From assembly GCA_977862235.1 (NCBI GenBank), contig OZ374561.1, forward strand, positions 930,001 through 994,000: a stretch of DNA of 64,000 nt, in the 5' to 3' direction. This document shows positions 23,361-34,140 of this stretch, piece after piece. The notes under the pieces are model-generated. The model ran no database searches and was not told the origin of the DNA. It saw only the letters and a program-made list of their open reading frames with translations. Origin of the DNA: Dudresnaya verticillata (Eukaryota). The position numbers and the translations under genes were made by a program. Position 1 is the first letter of the stretch. Each line of letters opens with the position of its first letter.

Positions 23361-24719
23361 ATGATTCAAGATGGCAAGATCTTCTACAGCGCGACACTTT
23401 CTCCAATCCTGTCCTTGCGTCCGGGGAACCAGGCTATTTTCTCTATCACGGTCGCAGTTCTCACTACTTTGGTATCTTACCAAACAGCTGCTACATTAAT
23501 AGATCTCTTGTTCGGGCTCAAGGCAAGCGGGGGAGCAAAGGCATCAGACTTACATATTCACCATCTGGCCTCAACAAGTTCTCCATTGGCAGTAACCCGC
23601 AGTATCTTTCCGGGTAAATCCGTGCCCGATGCGGGCAGAGATGGGACAGCCGAAGGACACGATAAGGTTGCCCGTCCAACCGCTATACTCAAGCTGCTGC
23701 TTGCATTGGTTATTGCTCCACTGTGTAACATTTTGACAGTTGCCTTAACACTGGAAAATGACTCTAAACTGACAATCTCAGAAGCTGGTGTTGGTGGCCT
23801 CGCCTTGGGAGTCAAAAGCCGACCGAATTTCCCACAACAGAGAAATATACGTTCTCGTCTGACGTTAGCTAGAATCAACACAGAAGATGGCGATGAACCG
23901 CTCGTGGAGTTTTTCCTCATGCTTGGACCCGTGAACGCTTCAATGTTTCAAACGGAACCGGGCATCGCTCGCGTCGTCATCACGGGGCAAAAGCAGCACG
24001 AAATAGTAGCCAGGATTGAAACTCCGTTTGGTTCTGCAAGCCGCACGAAAACCGCCCAGGTTACGTTCTCTGAAGGGCCCGGTGAGGGGGAAACGTTCTT
24101 CTTGCGAAATCATTTAGACCCTCAGGTAATCGATGAGTGGTTAGACTTCGGCGTCGATGCCCTCGGGAAATTTTGTCAGAGTACAGAAGTCCTAGAGAAT
24201 AGATCAGCTACCAACGAGCCCGGGGAAGTTGATCTTTTGAGGAGTAGAACAATTCGCTGTCCTGGTCAATTCTCAGTCCGAAGGCTTTTTTCAATGCTCA
24301 AAAGTATGACAGATCGCGTTGAGATTGTCGAGAGTGAGAAATTGGAGATAGCCAAAGCCTCAGACATATCTGGAAGAGCAGAAGATTTTGGAACGTTGTT
24401 CTTTCAACCTAATGAGTACTTGTTCATGAACAGACGAAGGAGTTTTGCAAGCTTTATGATTCTGGTTGTTCTACTTCTTGGCGTCCTGGTGTTCAGAGCT
24501 TTTATATACACCATTACCCGGAACGATCTCGACAGCGGAATGGGACTCATAACTAGGCATGTGCTGGGGGTTCCATGGTTTTACTCTCTACTTGCTGCAG
24601 AGAATGTATGGGTGCAGCATGAGCAGGGGATGGATTCAGTGAATGTATTCGAGACTGCTGCTGGCTTCAACAATGGTGCAGCTAGTGCCACTCATACTGG
24701 TTTGACTTATCGTGGTTGA
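23361..24719 (+). CDS. Uncharacterised multi-TM protein with large loop (452 aa), paralogue A
   Basis: Long ORF with three hydrophobic segments; aligns with 26338-27816 at several blocks. Confidence 0.85.
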   Translation: MIQDGKIFYSATLSPILSLRPGNQAIFSITVAVLTTLVSYQTAATLIDLLFGLKASGGAKASDLHIHHLASTSSPLAVTRSIFPGKSVPDAGRDGTAEGHDKVARPTAILKLLLALVIAPLCNILTVALTLENDSKLTISEAGVGGLALGVKSRPNFPQQRNIRSRLTLARINTEDGDEPLVEFFLMLGPVNASMFQTEPGIARVVITGQKQHEIVARIETPFGSASRTKTAQVTFSEGPGEGETFFLRNHLDPQVIDEWLDFGVDALGKFCQSTEVLENRSATNEPGEVDLLRSRTIRCPGQFSVRRLFSMLKSMTDRVEIVESEKLEIAKASDISGRAEDFGTLFFQPNEYLFMNRRRSFASFMILVVLLLGVLVFRAFIYTITRNDLDSGMGLITRHVLGVPWFYSLLAAENVWVQHEQGMDSVNVFETAAGFNNGAASATHTGLTYRG

Positions 24720-26337
24720 GCTGCTTGCTTCATAGTCAAACAAGATTACCTAAGGAAAATGTGTATTGGTAATGGAAAAGTAGGGTTCGCCCTTTGCACT
24801 GTTCTAACCTCCGTGTGCAAGTCCCTTAAAACTATTTCAGCACGAACTTCAACTCAGATGACCGAGGAACGAGTTTCAAATGAAGCGCAGTACGCTTCGC
24901 GTACTCCAGAAGTGGGGTAGGTGCATGAAGAATATTGCGAGAAGGCCCCAGTAGATTACGAATGGAAATAGTCCCGGGTGTTATTCGATTTTCCAAGGTA
25001 GCAAAACAGTGTTGAAGATTGATATTCCCAGAGCGACAAATGAAACGTGTGTCTTTCGGGCGATGCCGAACCAAAATGAATTTTGTGGTTTCAGCGGCTC
25101 TGTGGAAGTGTTTCTGAAAGCTCAGACTTTACCTCTATCAGTTTGCAACGGAACAAGCTGCGTTAATTTATTTTGCTGGCATGACACAAGACCCCGAAAA
25201 CCGCGAAGCTTGCTTCCAAATCCTATGCCCTGGGGCATTGTATGAACGTACTTGGTGCTTGTTGACTTCTTCACGAGGATATGAAATCAAGGGCATAGTA
25301 TGCCAAACCACGGCAGGTGGCGCTTTTTAATTGGTGAACCGCTTGCGCCCCCTCGACGAGAGGCTGATGTTTGTTAACCTCGAGCGGCCATTGTTGTAAG
25401 GATTTGTATGTGGATAGGACCGGGGGGGTACACAGGGGGGTCTCATGCATTTCAGTCATGCTGGATCAAGGGGCTCCTGCTTGGCCTTCTCTCTCTTTCT
25501 CTCTAGAGATCTGTGGTTAAAGGCGGAGACAGATATGTTCAAGTAACAGCCGTCCACGAATAGCGGTTCTTCGGAACCAGGAGACACTCATGTCTCAAGA
25601 GTTGTTTGATTCTAAATCGGATTGTCTTCGGAAACGAGGACGCAAGAGACAGCATTATCCAGACTGTCGGTTGAAGTGAACACAAGTTTGTGCCTGCGAA
25701 CGTTTGAGCTGCTACTGTTTGACGCTGCGCGGGGAGCTTGGAAGCCCGGAGCAAGTTGTTGAATGTGGATTGGCTTGATGCAAGCAGCAATGCAGAAATG
25801 CAACTATCCAACGTAATTCTGCAATGCCATTGGCTGCTTGCAGCGTATGGTCGCGTTCGGTATCGGCATCAAATGGTCGATGAATTCATGCGAACACGTA
25901 GGAGGTTGCTCTCAGTCCACTTCCGGCATGGCATTGCGAGGGCGTGCTGGAGGACATAAACTTTATACCGTTGGAGCTGTGCCCTTCTATTGCGCCTTCC
26001 ACTCAAGAGTACCATCTCATCAATCTATTGATGGTGTACTATTGATCAATAGCTCCTTGTTCCCGCTGTACGGCAGCGGCGCAGCTCCTCGTCAACCTGC
26101 CTTTCCTGAGAGAAGCCTATACTGAGACAGCCAATCTGCTCCGTGGTAGCAAAGCAAATAACCACAACGATTCAAGGTAGTGCTAACTTGGTGTTTCAGC
26201 TTCATCCCTCTGCACAGTTTTACTTCAGTTTTATGCGGTTGTCTAGTCTTCATTTTCACATCACCCCTCATTTGAGACCCTAAAGACTGCAGAACTGTAC
26301 AATAATACAATCGATTCTATATTGGCCCCCACGGTTT

Positions 26338-27816
26338 TCAACACAGCCCGTCCATACTGCTATTGGGATATCTCTTTCCTTCATCTTTTGCAACGTCAGG
26401 CAAGGTCGAAAGGCTGCTTGAAGAGGAGTAGTCCAACCTCTTGAACGAATCACTACTGTCCAGTACTTCATCTAGGTCAGGCCGTTCAACGCCGAAGTGC
26501 ACAACAGTCTTCCCAACTGTGTAGAGGTGGTCGTACCGAATCCAAGCGTCGTTCCCTAGTAGCGAATGCCCGGTCGGCACCTTGCAGAAAGTTTTCAGAA
26601 TCGCCTCGAGCGCGTACTCTACATCATTCCTCGTGAGCAACCGTACCAGCACACGCAGCACGATAGCGCACGCCACAAGCACGCATAGCATCCCCTGACT
26701 CACAATCTTCTTCCTCCATAGCAAAATCGGAATAGAGCCCCCGTCCTCGAATTCTACGAATTGTCTCCTATTCCGCGGCACTTCGTCCCTGTGGATTATC
26801 TTTAACTGGTCTGTCTCCACGATCTGGACCATGTCTGACATGGATTTGAGAATCCTCTTGCCGTCTTTCGGCGTCAGCGATTCACAAGGAACACCCTGTG
26901 TAACGTTATGAAAGTGCTCATCTTGCGTGCCCACTGTGTCCGCGGCTGGTTTTCCCTTGCGGCAAACAGTCTGTGCAAGACCAATGCCGCGGGCAGTAAT
27001 CTGCCTCATGTGCGTAAGCTGCAGCGCCTGCGCGACGCGAAAGGCGCCACTCTCGGTGTGCATCGATGCATAGATTTCCACGCTGAACCTAAGATTAGTG
27101 CCGTCGGTGCGGCGAGGGCCGCGAACATCGATATAAACGAGCCCGCGAAAGGAGTTGGTAATGTTGAGATACAGCCAGTCGGTGGGATGCAGCGGAATGA
27201 CCTCGTCCATGAGCACACCCGGGCAGCGCAAAAACTCGGCTAGGACGCGTGGGGCGGGGCGCAGCTGCGGGTGCGGGCGTGGATGCAGGCGGGTGCACTG
27301 GTCGATGGGGAGGGCGTGTGTGGGACTCTGGGCGGTGGGTGGGAGCAGTCCCAGAGCGAGGCCCGGGTAGTTGGCGCCGGCGTACGACAGGTGGGTGTCG
27401 ACCTCGGAGGTGAGGATGACAGCGAGAAGGTTGAGTAGCGGGGCGGCGAGCAGGAGGGCTGCCAGGGCGGCGACGCGGGAAGTGGCCGGGGTGGGGGCGT
27501 GGCCGGGGGCGTGGTGGGGGTGGTGCAAGCGGCGGGAGCGGGGAAGATGGGGGGTTGGACGTGTGGCTCGCAGCAGCTGGGACAGGGAGAGCGAAAGGGC
27601 GGACGTGAGGTGCGATAAGTGCAGGGCTGGGGCGCGGGTTTTGGTCGGGGCCTTCCGGAACGAGAGCAGCAGGTCGGTGACCGCGGCCGTGAGCTGGTAG
27701 GAGAGGATTGTGGCGAGCGCGGCGATGAACAGCGAGTTGAGGACGGGGTTCGACAGGGCCCAAACGTGCAGGGCGGGGAGCATTGGGGCCGGGGTGAGGA
27801 TGTTGTTGGAGATCAT
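26338..27816 (-). CDS. Uncharacterised multi-TM protein (about 492 aa from MISNN), paralogue B
   Basis: Shared blocks with paralogue A: SYQ(T/L), AP(LC/LL)N(I/L)L, GLALG, LKSM(T/S)DxVxIVE, TRND. Start inferred from alignment of the N-termini. Confidence 0.85.
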   Translation of the reverse strand: MISNNILTPAPMLPALHVWALSNPVLNSLFIAALATILSYQLTAAVTDLLLSFRKAPTKTRAPALHLSHLTSALSLSLSQLLRATRPTPHLPRSRRLHHPHHAPGHAPTPATSRVAALAALLLAAPLLNLLAVILTSEVDTHLSYAGANYPGLALGLLPPTAQSPTHALPIDQCTRLHPRPHPQLRPAPRVLAEFLRCPGVLMDEVIPLHPTDWLYLNITNSFRGLVYIDVRGPRRTDGTNLRFSVEIYASMHTESGAFRVAQALQLTHMRQITARGIGLAQTVCRKGKPAADTVGTQDEHFHNVTQGVPCESLTPKDGKRILKSMSDMVQIVETDQLKIIHRDEVPRNRRQFVEFEDGGSIPILLWRKKIVSQGMLCVLVACAIVLRVLVRLLTRNDVEYALEAILKTFCKVPTGHSLLGNDAWIRYDHLYTVGKTVVHFGVERPDLDEVLDSSDSFKRLDYSSSSSLSTLPDVAKDEGKRYPNSSMDGLC

Positions 27817-28573
27817 GGCCGGGGTGGCGGGTGTGACGGCTGGCGGACGGATGCGGCGGCTGGGCGGTGCAGCGGCTGGGCAGTGCAGCGACTGGGTGGA
27901 CCGGGCTTTTGTGATATGGGTTTTATTGCCCTTTAGCTGCTGGAGTGGCCGTGGCGGGTGGCCTTGTTGAGCTGAACGACTGAATGACGCTCTGAGGAGG
28001 GTGGGCATCTTATGACTTGAGAGGTGCGAGCGCGGCAGCTTTGTGGCTTGAGAGGAAGAGGCGCTGTCGCCGCGCGTCACAACAGCTGAGGTGAGGTTTG
28101 AGGTTGATGCGCTGCCGGCATCACCGCATGGACCTAACTATAGACTTCCTATTACAGCGCGCCCTGTAAATCGATGATGGCGATAGAGATGCGGTACGTG
28201 TTGCTGCGTGGGACATGGACGGCCTTCCGGGCAACATTGCGGACGCACCGAGCCGTGTCGCAGATCCCCTCGTCTTCGCACCAGGCCCAACCAACATTTA
28301 GTTGGCGCCGTAGCCCTGCGCTCTACAAACTTGTATGAAGGTGCGCTGCCCCCTTTTGGTGGGCATCCCCATCTACAAGTTGTACTGTACATCTGCACTT
28401 TTAACAACTACGATGCTATTCAACCATTTCGCCACGGCAGGGCAGGTCATGCGCCTTCTCTCGGTACTGCGGCCGCGCCAACCGCTGCGCCTTCAAATAC
28501 CGCCACCATCCGCACCCACTCCACCCTCCCTCGCTACCGTCCACCCCTGACCCCCCAGCAACGCCGCGCCATG

Positions 28574-28596
28574 CCCCCCCCCCCCCCCCCCCCCCC
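28574..28596. repeat. C23 homopolymer
   Basis: 23 consecutive C. Confidence 0.95.
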
Positions 28597-28651
28597 AACG
28601 CTCGCCCGCAACTCGAAGCGACAGTTGCGCAGTCTAAAGCGACAATTGCAC

Positions 28652-30510
28652 ATGCGCCGCGAGGGCGCCCCCATGACCATGGGACCGGAGCTGCTGGCCA
28701 CAGGCCGCCCGCTGGCCTACCTCAGCTACGTCTAGATCCCGCCGGCCAACCGCCGCCGCAGCAAGAGCGTTTCGTGGCCGCGCGACGTCGCGGACGAGGT
28801 CGCGGCCGCCTTGCCCAACACAAACATCACCGACCTCTGGCTGGACAAGATGGGCTACACGGACATCAAGACCCTGGGCGTTGCGTCCGGCCTGCGCCCG
28901 TACGCCTCAGACAACGGCATAGACGTCGTGCGCGGCGCATACGGCAAAGAGTACCGCGGGTACCACTTTGTCTCCACTTGCGGCTCGTACCTCGAGATGG
29001 TTGTGCAGAGCGTCATGCGCGAAGACGAACACCTCACAGCCCTGCGCTGGGCGGCATCGTCGCGCCTGTGGCCGTCCGCAGAAGTCGCCATCGGTATCAT
29101 GCACGGCCGCATCAACCCCACCCCCGGCACCGTCGCCGCAGCAGCAGTTCTCCTAAACGCACTGGACCGCGCCGAAAAACAGCTGGAGTCCAGCTCCACC
29201 ATCGCTGCCGACATGGGCTTTACCTGCTGGAGGCGCAAGGTGCGCTGCAAGGCGTGCGGACGTAAGAATCCCCTAAGCGATGTCGACTGGAAGTCCGCCC
29301 GGGTCAGCGTGAGCAAGATGCGTGAGCGCATCAAAACTTGGATCAACATGGAGGAATGCTGGAATGCAATGGAGGCATACAAGAGGATTTTCTTGTCAAC
29401 TACGTCATTGGCCCCATGTGGACTGCTGACTGCTTTGACGAGAACGACCGTGTCCCCGTCGCCAGCCTCACATCGTACCTGTGGCAACACTCCGGCACAG
29501 GCGGGACCGAACTAGGGAGAAACCTCAACGATTTGGTCAAACAGCGCGACGAGGACGCGCTCATTGGACGACTCATAGCTGCGGTGGGTGAAGCACCACC
29601 CAAGTTTTGGTACGAGAACTTTGAAAAGTTGCTCGAGCGGCTCATCTCGCAGCTGACGCTGTCCGAACAGGCGCGTTTTGGGACGCACGGTAGCGATTGG
29701 GAGTCTGCCGTGTGGTTCTACCCATCGCCTGGGCGGAGCTTCTTTGGGGACCTGACCTTCTCGCCCGGGAAGCAGATGGTGCTGGACACGATGGGGGCGA
29801 ACAGGACGGGCGAGTGGCCGGGGTGGTTGGGGAGGACCTTGGTGCAGCAGCAGCGATCGCTGTGGCCGGTGGTGGGTGCTTCGTTGCCATGGTACTTCAG
29901 GGTGCACAGCGGGCGTCATATCGTGCTGGTGCCGGTGGTGCGATCCAGGGGCGGAATGAATGGACAGAGCATGGGGGTGCAGACCGGGCCGATCCAGTAC
30001 CTGCTTGAGACGGAGGTGGTGGACAAGATACAGGTCGTGATGCAGATCCCAGTGGGCGGGAACATCGACGGGGTGCCGGTGTTGCGCGAGGAGAGCGGGC
30101 TGCTGTATCTGGCGTTCTCGCTGGAGCAGAGTGGGATGCGGATGGTGTCGCTGCGGCCGTGTCACGACTCGATCAACCTGAGCTGGTGCAACATACACCC
30201 GGACTACGTGGTATACCCACCCGAGGGGATACACACGCCGCCGCAGGATACGATGTTTGGGGCGAACGGGTTCCCGCGCGAGTACTCGAACCTGTACGAG
30301 GCTTGGACCGGGCATGACGGGTTTGGGCATCTTGGGACGCTTGACTCGCGGAATGTGTACAACGATAGGCTTGTTGCGAGAACAAACGAAGTGCAGGCGT
30401 CGTCGATTGGGTGGAACTGGAAGGCGGTGCCGGATCAGGAAAGCGTGGCGGCTGGTATGGACCAAAGAGTTGTAACTGTGCTGCAGCAGTGGACTCAGCC
30501 ATGGAGGTGA
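28652..30510 (+). pseudogene. Disrupted gene with HET-domain-like N-terminus
   Basis: LAYLSYV[TAG]...DLWLDKM resembles the HET motifs ALSYVW and LWID. The same frame continues past the TAG (28733-28735) to 29515, then a frameshift near 29340-29400 leads into the 390-codon frame ending 30510. Coding-like GC bias throughout. Confidence 0.55.
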
Positions 30511-31124
30511 GTATGCGGATGATGGCGTTTTATTGAACGGTGGGAGAAGATGCGCAGGGGATTTGTTTCGCAGTCTCTGCAGGGACAGCGTTGCAACATG
30601 TTCCGCCACAATCGCAGTTGTTCAAGCAGGACAACTGTCGCCACGTGGTTCGGCGAGGCCTTTTTGGCGACATCGAAATGTGGACCGAGATGCGCCGTGT
30701 CCAACAGTGCGTTTTGGCGAATTCGGCGGAGCATTGGCCGTTCAGTTCTATCTACACGTGCACGGTGCCTCCTTGACCCGCCCAGTCGGCCAATCACCAT
30801 GCGGTAGCTCGCACGGCGCGTGGCGCTGCTGCCCCCGGCCCCCATGCCCCAGTTACTATTGGTGCTGGCACCACCTTCACACCTCTCGCTGACCGCTTGG
30901 ATGCAACCTTTTCTCTCAGCTTTAAATTACTTAACTCTTAACGATTAGCATTCTCACGGGAACTCCCTGACCGCCGCAGACACGTTGAACCTCACCTGAT
31001 TGCTCACTTTAAGGTTTTATTTTGAACCTGCGATTGGCTCCCAGACTATGCCCTTCTATTTTTGTCCAGTAATACTCCGACATAACATATTCTGTTGTTT
31101 GTGTCAGAAAGGGAGTATCATGTC

Positions 31125-31199
31125 AAGCATAGAGAGATGGGGAACCATAAAGTTCCCCATCTCTCTATGCTTAGGGTTCGAAGGGCGCTAGGTCGCCCC
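31125..31199 (-). repeat. Short dispersed repeat, copy 3, rearranged into a 21-bp perfect hairpin
   Basis: AAGCATAGAGAGATGGGGAAC-CATAAA-GTTCCCCATCTCTCTATGCTT, then AGGGTTCGAAGGGCGCTAGGTCGCCCC. Flanked by the direct repeat ATGTCAAGCAT (31120-31130, 31200-31210). Confidence 0.9.
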
Positions 31200-31667
31200 A
31201 TGTCAAGCATGGCAAGCCGGAGCGGGCTGTTATGTCAAGGGCGTGTTGACGCCATCGCGTTCGCAATCCATCCTGGACCTTAGCACCACCCCACCGCCCA
31301 GCCGCTTTTCCCGCCACGCTCTTCAGGAAGAGAAGCGGAAGCGCACCCACGCAGGCTGTAGCTTCCAGCCGCTCGTAAACTCTCAAACGTGGTGAGCTTG
31401 CTGACCATATTCTGCTAATGGTTGCGGCAGGCAGCACCCCTTCTCCAGCGCGTCCTTGGTAAACACGTCGTACTCATACTCTGTCTCCTGCACGGTCCCC
31501 CCCCCTTTGGTCCATGACGGCAAGGCAGCAGCGGCCCGGCTGTTGACCTGGAGCTCCAGGGTGGGCCCCATAACGAGGTGCTGGTTGGCACTGCGGCAAG
31601 CATCAGCGTGGGTGACCGAGTCGACGCAGAGCTCCAGGGCTTCAATCCAACGCCGTCATCGGTGCTA

Positions 31668-32120
31668 CCGTGCTCCGGGCGGGCGTACAGGTCGGAGTCA
31701 TCCCAGCCATTCGTCGTTAAGCGCCCGTCAAAAGCCGTTGACGGGTCGAACGCCCTCTGCGCGGACGACCAAGAAGCCATTCAAATGCTGCTCATTCTCA
31801 TTGCTGGCGTGCTCCCAGAAATAACGATAGAAGATGCAATCGGCGTCATGCCAGGCCCAGCAGCGCGGCAACTGGAGTTCCGGGACGATCATGACGCCCT
31901 TGGGGAGGGTGAGGCCTGTCAAAAAGTCTTTCATCAGCATGGTGTCGCAGTCGACCTTGAGAAACCACTCGTCACACGAAAAGCTGATAGAAAGGTTGTA
32001 TGCGCGTGACAGGACCCAAGGCCTCGGGTCCGGCACGTGGACGACGGCGGCATGGCACGGAGTCACGTCGGGGGGTAGGACATCCGAGAGTTCGTTGACG
32101 ATGGCGGCGACGGCTACGTG
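31668..32120 (-). pseudogene. Glycosyltransferase fragment (GT7/GT2-like, GT-A fold)
   Basis: WVLSRAYNL, DxD motif KVDCD, HLNG, VNGF, then after a frameshift DGRLTTNGWDDSDLYAR, which resembles the galactosyltransferase C-terminal motif. Confidence 0.7.
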
Positions 32121-34140
32121 ATCGGGAGTGCGGGTGCCTCAGTCGTCGAGGAAGAGCTCGACATCGGGGCCGAGGGCAGCGCACCATGACGGGAAGGCGG
32201 TCCGCAGGAAGGCAGAGCGGTCTAGCTAGAGACTTCAGTCGGGGTACTGCCTTCATGTCTTTCGAACGGAGGTGGGCCCTCTTTCCGAGGGTCAAAGCCC
32301 ATTTCCAGCAGGAGACCGACGGCTTCATGACGTGGATTGATTGTCGCCTTTATGCGGCGAGGAGCATCTTGTCGAACAGATTTCTAATTGGCTTCGCGTC
32401 CTCAACAAGTTCAACATCTATTGGTATCTGATCTATGGTAACGCAATCGTATCAGGTGGGCCGAGGCATATTTCAACGCCCTGTGAATGACAGGGATACG
32501 AGGTGGGCTGTCATAGCTCTCAAATCCTAGAATTACCGTGTTCGCAGTCGTCGGACCAAGCTGAGAAGAAACCTGGCAGAGGTCGTCACTCAGAGCAATT
32601 TGGACACGCACATGGGCGTACAGGGCGTTTAGTATCTGGGCTTCGTCCTACCTAAGCCAGATCACGAGGGCAATGGAAGGGTTTTGGAGTGCTTTATTGC
32701 TCATCTTCAGCTTTTCATATGGACCATGTCTGGAACGCGTATGATGGTGGTTGAGAGCCGTCGAATAAGACTCCAACAGGCTTGACCAGCTCCTCTGCAG
32801 GGCTCTTCCGGATCCTTGAAAGCAGCTTGAGGTGAACGCGTTTGAAACCCGAAGACAGCTGAGACTCTTGTATAGGACAGTCCAATACCAACACTGGGAT
32901 GACCGTTGTGCGCGGTTGTAAAAGTATCGCTCTGTCATACTTCAGAGTAAGTGCCTACTTGGCAGCTATGTTTTTCTTTTGTCAATCCGCATCATGATCC
33001 GCAGGACAATTTTAGAATGCCAGTCGCCTGAAAAGCGTTGCACTGACTAAGGATGCCCACCCCACCTGACCAAATACGTACGGTACGAGTAGGGTTCATT
33101 CCTTTTGCCGTTGTAACTTTTCTGCTACTGTCAAAACATTATTGATAGTCTGAATGATTTTGATTATCTACGGAGGATTTCTTTTGCAATAAGCTCATTT
33201 ATTAATTATTATATAAAGCTCATAACTGCAACAAAACCAGTGGAAAAAGGGCAGTCCAGTTTTTGGAAACTTGCGAAACTGATTCAAAAACACTCCATTA
33301 CCGCATTACAGCATCTTTGTGTTGCAATCTCGCTTGTTACAGAACCTCTCTAGCGCGCTAGCTGCGCACAAACCCTGCAAATGGTAAGCACTTCATCCGT
33401 GTAAAGAACACCGGCTTCATCAATGAATCATCATCTCTGTCGACGAAACGATGATTTCCAAAAAGCTCACAACACTTGTTCCTGAAGGGCCACCTGGCAG
33501 AATATCAGCCATAAGCAAGTGATAGGCCAAGTCGCTCGATGATATCATGCATAGTTCATTTATCAAGGTTACGTTGTGCTGACTGTGAGGTCCAATAGGT
33601 CACCATACCTTATTAGTATCTTTGCGTTCAAGGGTACAGCTGATGTGGATGTTGCGAGGTTCTGAAAGATGGGGCAGCACAAGTGTTTACATTTTTCTCT
33701 GTAACTTAACTTAGATCAGAACGCCAATGACAACTCCAACAGAATCAAGTGCACCTCGATCGGGAATGAGGTTGAGATTGTCGAATAACTGTATTGGTCA
33801 TTCCGTTTCAGAAGCGAAAGAGGAGGATCCTCTTGCATTAACTTACGGTAGAACTGTTTTGAACAGCCCAAATCAGAAGGCTATTGGTACTGTCGAATGA
33901 CAATGCAATTTTTTTGCAGGTGCGATTCGCTTCGATTGTTTGGCTCTTGTTTGACCTCGGACTAGAGCTTCACAGAAGCAACTCAAAATGAGTGAAGCCG
34001 ACATCCTCAATCTCGGGTTCGGAATCAGCGGGCGATATAAAGGATGCATCCCTTCTTCACAGCGCGGCACGAGCGAAACTGCACAGCAAACACTCGTCAG
34101 TACTTTTACACATACTGCATTCCACAAGTACCTTGACGAG

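Noticed and set aside
29512..30609. 365-aa minus-strand ORF, and similarly 37032-38036 and 59695-60663 on the plus strand
   Set aside because: Antisense shadows of real coding sequence.
32220..32640. Ankyrin-like fragment (HEAVGLLLEMGFDP) on the minus strand
   Set aside because: One weak repeat amid stops and frameshifts; insufficient.
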